Assembly: GCA_016867815.1 (NCBI GenBank)
Contig: VGIR01000002.1
Coordinates: forward strand, 912 to 64,911
DNA: 64,000 bases
DNA from: a candidate division WOR-3 bacterium
Lineage (GTDB): Bacteria; Hydrothermota; Tepidihabitantia; Tepidihabitantales; Tepidihabitantaceae
Reading direction: 5' to 3'
The notes beneath the pieces are model-generated. The model saw only the letters and a list, made by a program, of their open reading frames with translations. It ran no database searches and was not told the origin of the DNA. Of this stretch, positions 57,088 to 64,000 are shown one piece after another. Each line of letters starts with the position of its first letter. Position 1 is the first letter of the stretch. The position numbers and the translations under genes were made by a program.

Positions 57088-58560
57088 GTGCCCAGCCCCG
57101 CGGTCGGCGTAGCCCTCGCCGCATTCGCCGCCGCGCTGGCACGTCCCGGCAACTCCGACACCCTCTGGCATCTGGCACTAGGCCGGTGGATTCTCACCCG
57201 CCGCGCGATTCCCGACATCAGTAGTTTCTACTATTCGGGGACGACGGGCTTCGGCTACGACTACTCCTGGCTGGCCCAGGCGCTCCTGTATGGCGCGTAC
57301 CGGCTGCTCGGGGGAGCCGGCATCGCCATCCTGAATGCGGTCGTGGCCGGCTTCATCTTCTACTTCCTCTACAAACTGCTGGAACGGAACAGCGTGAACA
57401 TGCTGGTGAACTTCGTCGCTCTCTGCCTGGCACTGGCGACTACCACCGCATATCTGTCGGGGCGGCCGGCGATGTTCACCGTGGCGCTGTTCACTCTGGA
57501 GCTCTTCATCCTCTCCGGCTGGGCCGCGTCCGGCGGCGCGGGCGGGAGCACACGGCCTTTCCGCCTCCTCATCTGGCTGATTCCACCATTGACGGCCCTT
57601 TGGGCCAACCTGCACCCCGGTTTCCCGGTTGCCCCGCTCCTGATCCTGCTCTTCCTGCCCCTGGGGGAAAGAGCGAGGGACCGATGGGTCATGGCCGCGT
57701 GCCTGGCCGCCACCTGCGCTGCCATTGCCCTCAATCCCTACGGCTGGAGGATGTACCTGATGCCGCTGGAGATGGCGCGCGCCCTGCCGATGTTGCGCGG
57801 GCTGACAGAGTGGACGGGCGTGTCGGGTGTGGAGGCAGTGCTCTGGGGTGGTTTCGTGGCGCTCGTCACCTGCGGGCTGGCGCTGCGCCGGCAGCCGCTG
57901 CCGCTGGTCGTCTTGACCGCGGGGGCTGCGTTGGCTGCCGGCGTCAGCAACCGCAACATGCCGCTCTTCGGGGTAGTCGCAGTTTTCATACTCGGCCGCA
58001 CCCTGATCCCCGTTCTCGCACCCGGACTTGGACGCGTGAGGCTGGTGCGGAAGTTCGAGGTGAAGTTCGAGGCTGTCGGCGGTTGGTTCTGGGTGATCGC
58101 GGTTCCTCTGTTCGTGGCCGGGGCAGAGCGGTTGGGGATGCCCCTGACTGACCTCTCGTTCAATTTCTCCATCTATCCGTCAGCCGCGGTCCAATACCTC
58201 GAAAAGCACGCCTGCCCGGAGCGGATCTTCGTCCGCGAGGACTGGAGCGGGTATCTGTTGTGGACGTTTCCGGACCGGCAGCTCTTCTACGACGCGAAGG
58301 GCGGCTTCAGCCGCGAGGCAACGCTGGCTCACTCCCAGCTCGTCAAGCCGAAGGCCGAATGGCGCGGAGTGGTAGATCGCTTTGGCCTCTCCACGATGCT
58401 GCTGGATAGAGGTAGCCCGCTTGCCGTTCTACTCAGCGAAGCCTCCGGCTGGAGACGAGAGTACTCCGATTCGCTGTTCGAGGTCTTCGTGCGCCGGCCC
58501 CGTGACCCGGAGCAGGCTCTCTTCCCGTCCTCTCCCGGCCCGGTGACTACGGAACAATGA
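57088..58560 (+). CDS. Polytopic membrane protein, putative GT-C-type glycosyltransferase
   Basis: 490 aa with at least 11 predicted TM helices, an N-terminal ...LWHLALGRWIL... motif, and a C-terminal soluble domain. Confidence 0.5.
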   Translation: MPSPAVGVALAAFAAALARPGNSDTLWHLALGRWILTRRAIPDISSFYYSGTTGFGYDYSWLAQALLYGAYRLLGGAGIAILNAVVAGFIFYFLYKLLERNSVNMLVNFVALCLALATTTAYLSGRPAMFTVALFTLELFILSGWAASGGAGGSTRPFRLLIWLIPPLTALWANLHPGFPVAPLLILLFLPLGERARDRWVMAACLAATCAAIALNPYGWRMYLMPLEMARALPMLRGLTEWTGVSGVEAVLWGGFVALVTCGLALRRQPLPLVVLTAGAALAAGVSNRNMPLFGVVAVFILGRTLIPVLAPGLGRVRLVRKFEVKFEAVGGWFWVIAVPLFVAGAERLGMPLTDLSFNFSIYPSAAVQYLEKHACPERIFVREDWSGYLLWTFPDRQLFYDAKGGFSREATLAHSQLVKPKAEWRGVVDRFGLSTMLLDRGSPLAVLLSEASGWRREYSDSLFEVFVRRPRDPEQALFPSSPGPVTTEQ

Positions 58561-58576
58561 GGGCCGGTATCTAGGG

Positions 58577-60091
58577 GTGAGACACCTGGCTGAGAAGCTG
58601 CGCGCCCTGGTACGGGGCGCGGTTTCCGCTTCCGGTGACGGGCCCGTTGTCGCGGCTGGTGTGGCGGCCGGAGTCCTTTACCTCCTACTGCCGGCAGCGA
58701 CGGGACTCGACTATCGGTTGCTGGCCCAGAGGGGACCGTATCAGTTGATGTGGCTGAATCTGCTGGGCGCACACTATCAGCTTCCCATAGAAACGCCCAA
58801 ACCCCTGAGCGTCCTGCTGGCCGGGATACTCGGGTCCGGGCCGGCCTTCTACGCCGCGACTTGCATAGCAGTTGGACTGTGTGTTGCCGCGGCGCTGCGC
58901 CTGGGAAGGGCCATCAGCGGGAGCTACTGGCCCGGCCTGGTGACAGCGGTGACCGTGTTCGCCCTCAGGGGGGAGGGCATATACTACGTCCTGGTCGGCA
59001 ACGCCGAACCATTTCATGCCGCGCTCGTTCTTCTTGCCCTGGCCGCCATTGCCGAAGGTCGCCTTCGCCTGGCGGCGTTCGTAGTCCTGCTTGCCTGTCT
59101 CCAGAGGCCGGAAGCCTGGGCGCTCGCACCGCTGCCTTTGCTGTTCGCTTTGGCGTCCAGGCGGCGTTTCGATCCGGCGCTGTCGCTGCCGTTCATCGCA
59201 CCTTTCGTCTGGGCGGCTTTTGACCGGGCAATGACAGGAGACTGGCTCTACTCGTTGCACGTGACCGCGTACTACCCGGTTGCCGCCGCCCTTTCCACCA
59301 CTTCGCCCGGCAGCTACTGGGGCGACATGCTCCTTGAGCTGACAAAGGTAGCGGGCGATGTTCCGTTCCTCCTCGGCCTGGTCGGGTTGGGCATCTCGGC
59401 ATGGAAGACCGCCCGCTCTCGTCCGGCCCTGACCGACAGCGAGCGGCCGTTGCGGCCGGCCGGGCGTCCCGCAATCCTCATCGGTCTCGCGCTGGTGCTG
59501 CCGCTCATGACGTCCTGGCTGACTTCCCTGTCCGGGCGCGTGCTGCAAATGGGGAGATTCCAGTTCCCATCCGCTCTGTTACTTGTGCTCTTGGCGACCT
59601 CGGCGCCTTTCCTCCTGCTCAGCGGTCGTGCTCCGCGCTGGCTGGTTGTGGCGATGTCCGCAGTGGTCGGTCTCAGCGCCTTTGCCCCGGGGCAGGTCGT
59701 CAAGTCGATACGCAGGGCCCGAGGCGATGGGCTCCGGGCCGTCGCCTACGCTCCCATAGCCGGTACCGTGAAGCAACTGATTGAGAACGGCACCGCCGAG
59801 GTGGCGGTGGTGTCGGAACGCCGCCTGTTCTATTTTGCCAGGTTGCTTGGCCCGGCCAATTCATGGAAGCTGCATTCGATCCGCAAAGTGAGGAATCTGT
59901 CGGGGGCCGTCCCGGCCACGACCCGGACCGGACTCCTTGCATACTACAACCAGGACGAGATAAACACACCGCCGACCGACAGCGTCTGCCGCTGGGTGCT
60001 GCGAGCCTGGCCGATACCGGCAGTTCTCGAACCGGTCGCGATGACGCCGGACAGTCTGGGCGGTGTCTGGCTGATCAGGCCTTCGCCCTAG
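58577..60091 (+). CDS. Polytopic membrane protein, putative GT-C-type glycosyltransferase (second)
   Basis: 504 aa with a GTG start, about 12 TM helices and a C-terminal soluble domain. Confidence 0.45.
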   Translation: MRHLAEKLRALVRGAVSASGDGPVVAAGVAAGVLYLLLPAATGLDYRLLAQRGPYQLMWLNLLGAHYQLPIETPKPLSVLLAGILGSGPAFYAATCIAVGLCVAAALRLGRAISGSYWPGLVTAVTVFALRGEGIYYVLVGNAEPFHAALVLLALAAIAEGRLRLAAFVVLLACLQRPEAWALAPLPLLFALASRRRFDPALSLPFIAPFVWAAFDRAMTGDWLYSLHVTAYYPVAAALSTTSPGSYWGDMLLELTKVAGDVPFLLGLVGLGISAWKTARSRPALTDSERPLRPAGRPAILIGLALVLPLMTSWLTSLSGRVLQMGRFQFPSALLLVLLATSAPFLLLSGRAPRWLVVAMSAVVGLSAFAPGQVVKSIRRARGDGLRAVAYAPIAGTVKQLIENGTAEVAVVSERRLFYFARLLGPANSWKLHSIRKVRNLSGAVPATTRTGLLAYYNQDEINTPPTDSVCRWVLRAWPIPAVLEPVAMTPDSLGGVWLIRPSP

Positions 60092-60173
60092 CGGGGGCAA
60101 CCCGGACAAGACGATACCCCGGACTGCGCCTTTGCGCATTTGACAAGCGGGAAGGGAAGCTTAACATCTGAAC

Positions 60174-61160
60174 ATGGTGAACAATAGAATCAGGATTCTG
60201 TCGTCAGCTATTGCCGTGGTAGCGTGCCTGGCAGCGACGAGCTGTTCGAGCAACATCAACCCCGATACGCCGCCGCCCCCCGGGGGTACCGTGATCAGCA
60301 AGGTCGGCGTGAACTGTCCGTTCCAGGTGACGGCGAGTGATCCGGATTTTGACCGTGTTTCGGTGCGGATTGACTGGAACAACGGCGACACGTCGGACTG
60401 GAGCGCGGCGTTCTGGTCGGGCGACACGTTGACGCTCGAGCATGCGTGGTCGGCGCCGGGTACGTTCAGGATATCGGCACAGGCCAGGGATGAGAAGGGC
60501 GCATTCTCGGCCTGGTCAAACTGGCATGCGGTCACTATCGCAGACACGGTGAATGCACCTCCCGGACTGCCGTCCGCGCCGGCCGGCCCTGACACGGGCT
60601 TCATAGATTCGACCTACGAGTTCTCGACGCTCGCAGGTGACCCGAACGGCGACCGCATACGACTGCAGTTCGACTGGGGTGACGGCGACACGTCGGGCTG
60701 GAGCAGCCTGGTCCCGGAGAATACTACCGTGACGATGTCGCACGGCTGGTTTCTGCCCGGCGAGTACTCGCTTGTCGCTCGGGCCAAGGACGAGAAGGGG
60801 TTGGTTTCCGACTGGTCCAATGTGCACGTCATGGTTGTTGTCGGCGACTCCGTAAGCCGGCCGCCGGGCATTCCGCTCGTGCCCATCGGCCCCGACACCG
60901 GGTACGTTGATTCGGCGTACGAGTTCCGGACCGCGGGTGGCGATGCCAACGGCGACAGCATCATGCTCCAGTTCGATTGGGGGAATGGCGATACGTCGGC
61001 CTGGAGCGCCCCGGTCGCGGAAAGCACGATCGTCAGCCTCAGCCATTCGTGGACTGCCGCCGGCGATTTCTCGATTCGGGCCAGGGCCAGGGACGTGGGG
61101 GACCTGGTCTCGGATTGGTCCAGCTTCCACGTCTTGACGGTCAGGGACTCGCTCAAGTAG
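60174..61160 (+). CDS. Lipoprotein with three tandem PKD-like repeats
   Basis: A lipobox is present (VVACLAATSCSS). There are three ~95-aa repeats, each reading ...P.GPDTG..DS.YEF.T..GD.NGD.I.LQFDWG.GDTS.WS...T...H.W...G.....ARA.D..G.VSDWS..H... Confidence 0.65.
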   Translation: MVNNRIRILSSAIAVVACLAATSCSSNINPDTPPPPGGTVISKVGVNCPFQVTASDPDFDRVSVRIDWNNGDTSDWSAAFWSGDTLTLEHAWSAPGTFRISAQARDEKGAFSAWSNWHAVTIADTVNAPPGLPSAPAGPDTGFIDSTYEFSTLAGDPNGDRIRLQFDWGDGDTSGWSSLVPENTTVTMSHGWFLPGEYSLVARAKDEKGLVSDWSNVHVMVVVGDSVSRPPGIPLVPIGPDTGYVDSAYEFRTAGGDANGDSIMLQFDWGNGDTSAWSAPVAESTIVSLSHSWTAAGDFSIRARARDVGDLVSDWSSFHVLTVRDSLK

Positions 61161-61289
61161 GGGAGAGGTAGCCCCACACCGCCGCAGCCGCTGGCGCGCC
61201 CGTTGACAGCGGGCTCGGCCTTTCTATAATACAAACGATTGTTTGAAACAAACGTATGATTGCCAACGTCCTATTCGAAAGGTGCTGAT

Positions 61290-61991
61290 ATGAAGACTGA
61301 ACATGCCGAGGCCAAGCAGAGGCTGTTCGACGCTGCCGTATCTCTTTTTGCGCGAGAGGGTTACGCGGCGGTCGGTGTGCGCGAGATCGCCAAGACCGCC
61401 GGGGTGAACATATCCAGCGTCTCCTACTACTACGGCGGCAAGGCCGGGCTGCTCTTGGCTATCATCGATGAGACATACTCCCGCTATGGCAGGATGCTGG
61501 CCGAGGCGGGGGATGATTCGACTCCGGCCGAGGAACACGTGCGCAGGATGGTTAGAGGCATCGTTCGGTTCTTCCGAGAGAACACGGAACTGGGGCTGGT
61601 GGCATTCGACTCCTTCCCGCCGGTGGATGATGCCAACACGATTGCGCTGAGGGTGAAGTGGGCCGAGGAAATCGGTGCCAGGCTGGCCGGCTTCTTCGGA
61701 AAGCTCGGGCTTGACACCAGCGACCCGGTGCAGATGGGCGTGGTACGCCGTTCGCTGCCGATGAGCGTCAAGGCTTTCTTCGAGGGCATCTTTGCGCTGG
61801 AGCAGAGCGGGGCAAGGGACCGGCTCGGGCCGCTGCCCAGTCTCGACGACGCGTTCTTCGAACACTACGCCGAACACCTTGCTGAACTCTTCCTGTACGG
61901 CGTGACTGGCATGACCAGGATGAGCCGCGAAAGGAAGAGCAAGCGCAGTTCCCGAGGTTCGAAGCCGAGGGGCAGGGCCAAGCCCAGATGA
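61290..61991 (+). CDS. TetR/AcrR family transcriptional regulator
   Basis: The ATG at 61290 gives MKTEHAEAKQRLFDAAVSLFAREGYAAVGVREIAKTAGVNISSVSYYYGGKAGLL, a TetR N-terminal HTH. Confidence 0.85.
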   Translation: MKTEHAEAKQRLFDAAVSLFAREGYAAVGVREIAKTAGVNISSVSYYYGGKAGLLLAIIDETYSRYGRMLAEAGDDSTPAEEHVRRMVRGIVRFFRENTELGLVAFDSFPPVDDANTIALRVKWAEEIGARLAGFFGKLGLDTSDPVQMGVVRRSLPMSVKAFFEGIFALEQSGARDRLGPLPSLDDAFFEHYAEHLAELFLYGVTGMTRMSRERKSKRSSRGSKPRGRAKPR

Positions 61992-63148
61992 AGAGAGCGG
62001 TGATGACACGTCACGCAACCGGATGCGGCGCTCGATTGCTGCTTGTTGTCACGGCTGCCGGCGCCTGGGCCGCGACGTTGGACTTCAACGGCCGGGCATC
62101 AGGCTGGCTGGGCGCGAGTCGCGACAGTTCATATCGCGTCTTGGCGGGACTACGGTATCTGCCCGAGGCTCGGTTCTCCACGCCCATAGGCGAGCAGTTC
62201 GCCTTTGATGCCGAGGCGTCGGTCAATGCCCTCCTTGCCGCCGACGTCCGCAGCCGAGCTTGTTCGCTTGCCGCACGACTCAAGCCGTACCGCGGATTCG
62301 TGCGGCTGTCGTCTTCGCAGTTCGAAGCTCGCGCCGGTCTGCAGAAGATCAACTTCGGCTCGGCGACACTGCTCAGGCCGCTGATGTGGTTCGACCGGGT
62401 TGACCCGCGCGACCCGCTGGAACTGACCGACGGCGTGTACGGCCTGCTTGGGCGCTACTACTTTCAGAACAACATCAACGTCTGGGCGTGGGGCTTGCTG
62501 GGCAACAGCGCAGCCAAAGGCTGGGAGCAGCTTGGCGCGGTGCGCTGGAAGCCGGAACTCGGCGGGCGAGTACAGGTCCCGTTTCCTCGGGGCGAAGCAG
62601 CCGCAACCTACCATCATCGGATAGTAGACTACCACCACGTGGTGAAGATACCGGAGGCGCTGGACGAGCAGGACGAAGACAGGTTTGCCGTCGATACGAA
62701 GGTGGATATTGGGATTGGCCTTTGGGTTGAGGGAGCACTATCCCGCGAGACGCGGAGACTGGACTACAAGGAACTCCCGCCGATGTGGACGCGCGCGGCT
62801 GTCGTGGGCGCGGACTACACTTTCGGCATCGGCAGCGGACTGGGTGTCATGGCCGAGCACATGCTGGTCGGCAGCGCGAGTGAGCCGTTTGGCAGGGGAA
62901 CCGACGTCCAACTCTCGGCCCTGATGCTCGGTTTACCGCTCGGGCTGCTCGACAACCTGCGGGGAATGGTCTACTACGACTGGACGAACCATGATCCCTA
63001 CAGCTACCTTGGCTGGCAGCGGACGCTGGACAACTGGGTATTCAGCGTCGGGGCGTTCTGGAATCCGGATACGCCGGTTTCCCTCGGAGCGCCCGGCGGA
63101 GGCGCCGCGGGCAAGGGGATTCAATTGACGGTGGTCTTCAACCACTGA
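61988..63148 (+). CDS. Putative outer membrane beta-barrel protein
   Basis: 386 aa with a signal peptide (…RLLLVVTAAGAWA). It is amphipathic-strand rich and its start overlaps the TetR stop, indicating an operon. Confidence 0.5.
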   Translation: MKRAVMTRHATGCGARLLLVVTAAGAWAATLDFNGRASGWLGASRDSSYRVLAGLRYLPEARFSTPIGEQFAFDAEASVNALLAADVRSRACSLAARLKPYRGFVRLSSSQFEARAGLQKINFGSATLLRPLMWFDRVDPRDPLELTDGVYGLLGRYYFQNNINVWAWGLLGNSAAKGWEQLGAVRWKPELGGRVQVPFPRGEAAATYHHRIVDYHHVVKIPEALDEQDEDRFAVDTKVDIGIGLWVEGALSRETRRLDYKELPPMWTRAAVVGADYTFGIGSGLGVMAEHMLVGSASEPFGRGTDVQLSALMLGLPLGLLDNLRGMVYYDWTNHDPYSYLGWQRTLDNWVFSVGAFWNPDTPVSLGAPGGGAAGKGIQLTVVFNH

Positions 63149-63158
63149 GGAGTGACAA

Positions 63159-63881
63159 ATGGTGAACAACGGCGTGGTGATAGCTACGGACAAGCTGGTG
63201 AAGAAGTACCCGATGGGCAGGAACGAGCTGGTTGCGCTGAAAGGCGTGAGTCTGGCCTTCGAGAGGGGCGAGTTCGCCGGACTGGTCGGCCCTTCCGGGT
63301 CGGGCAAGACCACGTTGCTGAACATCATCGGCTCGCTCGATGCGCCGACCGCCGGCAGCGCCACTGTGCTTGGCAGCCAGGTTGAATGTCTGAGCCACGC
63401 GCAGGCGGCCGAGCTGCGAAACCGCCACATCGGCTTCATATTCCAGACCTTCAACCTGCTGCCGGTCTACACCGCGTTCGAGAACGTTGAGTTTCCCCTG
63501 CTGCTGCTTGGCATGGCGGGAGCCGACCGGCGCAAGGCGGTGATGGAGGCGCTGGAGTGGGTCGGGTTGGCAGATAGGGCCAGGTCCAAGCCGGCGCAGC
63601 TCTCCGGCGGGGAAGGGCAGCGGGTGGCGATTGCCCGGGCAATGGTGAAGAAGCCCGAGGTTGTGCTCGCCGACGAGCCGACCGCCAACCTCGACGCCGA
63701 GAACTCGCACAACATCCTCCATACGATGGAGAAGCTGAACCTCGACCTCGGCACGACCTTCGTCTTCTCGACCCATGACCAGAAGGTAATCGAGCATCTG
63801 CGCCGGAAGATTGTGCTGGTTGACGGCAAGATAGCTGCCGACGAGCGGCTGCAGCCCGAGCCGGACAGGAGCAAGCCATGA
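63159..63881 (+). CDS. ABC transporter ATP-binding protein (LolD/MacB-type)
   Basis: 240 aa with Walker A GPSGSGKTT, an LSGGEGQRVAIARA signature, and Walker B VVLADEPTANLD. Confidence 0.9.
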   Translation: MVNNGVVIATDKLVKKYPMGRNELVALKGVSLAFERGEFAGLVGPSGSGKTTLLNIIGSLDAPTAGSATVLGSQVECLSHAQAAELRNRHIGFIFQTFNLLPVYTAFENVEFPLLLLGMAGADRRKAVMEALEWVGLADRARSKPAQLSGGEGQRVAIARAMVKKPEVVLADEPTANLDAENSHNILHTMEKLNLDLGTTFVFSTHDQKVIEHLRRKIVLVDGKIAADERLQPEPDRSKP

Positions 63882-64000
63882 CCGTTCTCAGACTGGCCTG
63901 GCGCAACCTGATCGGCGCCGGTATCAGGACCTGGCTCAACGTCCTCGTGCTGTCGCTGAGCTTCGTCGTCATCGTCTGGATGCAGGGGTTCCTTGAAGGG
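63878..64000 (+). CDS. ABC transporter permease (FtsX/MacB-like), 5' partial; continues past the window
   Basis: The ATG overlaps the ATPase stop. The sequence MTVLRLAWRNLIGAGIRTWLNVLVLSLSFVVIVWMQGFLEG is typical of an FtsX-like permease N-terminus. Confidence 0.6.
   Translation, partial: MTVLRLAWRNLIGAGIRTWLNVLVLSLSFVVIVWMQGFLEG

Overview
High-GC (~65%) bacterial chromosomal window, probably from an uncultivated diderm lineage. Four observations point that way: a divergent 16S rRNA; several secreted proteins ending in T9SS-type C-terminal sorting domains; PSCyt1-like cytochrome c lipoproteins; and a PorQ/PorP-like outer membrane protein.

Gene content runs left to right as follows.
- A heavy-metal RND efflux operon (czcC-czcB-czcA plus a P-II-like gene), flanked by two paralogous OmpA-family genes.
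- A block of secreted, redox and cell-surface proteins: T9SS-CTD proteins, two PSCyt1-like mini-cytochromes, OsmC, ALDH and an LtaS-like sulfatase.
- tRNA-Val, groES-groEL with an intrinsic terminator, and an FmdB zinc ribbon.
- A solitary 16S rRNA gene followed directly by a terminator and a convergent rsmG, so it appears unlinked from 23S.
- A YhaM-like HD exonuclease and yebC-ruvC-ruvA-ruvB.
- A 3D-domain protein, polysaccharide deacetylase, NAD synthetase, a TMTC-like TPR membrane protein, nitroreductase and a sirtuin.
- A complete Tad/Flp pilus locus: TadE/TadG pseudopilins, CpaB, secretin, CpaF, TadB, TadC, TadD-like and flp.
- Two GT-C-like membrane proteins, a PKD-repeat lipoprotein, and a TetR/outer membrane protein/ABC transporter module.

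The most unusual locus is a tight minus-strand operon (39281-45658) with four genes.
- A CDC48/VCP-like double AAA+ ATPase.
- A fusion of a periplasmic vWA domain, a TM helix and a cytoplasmic GrpE-like nucleotide-exchange domain.
- A divergent Hsp70.
- A membrane-anchored J-like protein carrying HPE in place of HPD, plus TPR repeats and a zinc ribbon.
Together these look like a membrane-tethered, non-canonical Hsp70/J/GrpE triad coupled to a segregase-type unfoldase. I am not aware of this combination having been described.

A 1.2 kb low-GC non-coding spacer carrying a roughly 10-unit degenerate 12-nt tandem array separates this operon from the divergently transcribed Tad locus.
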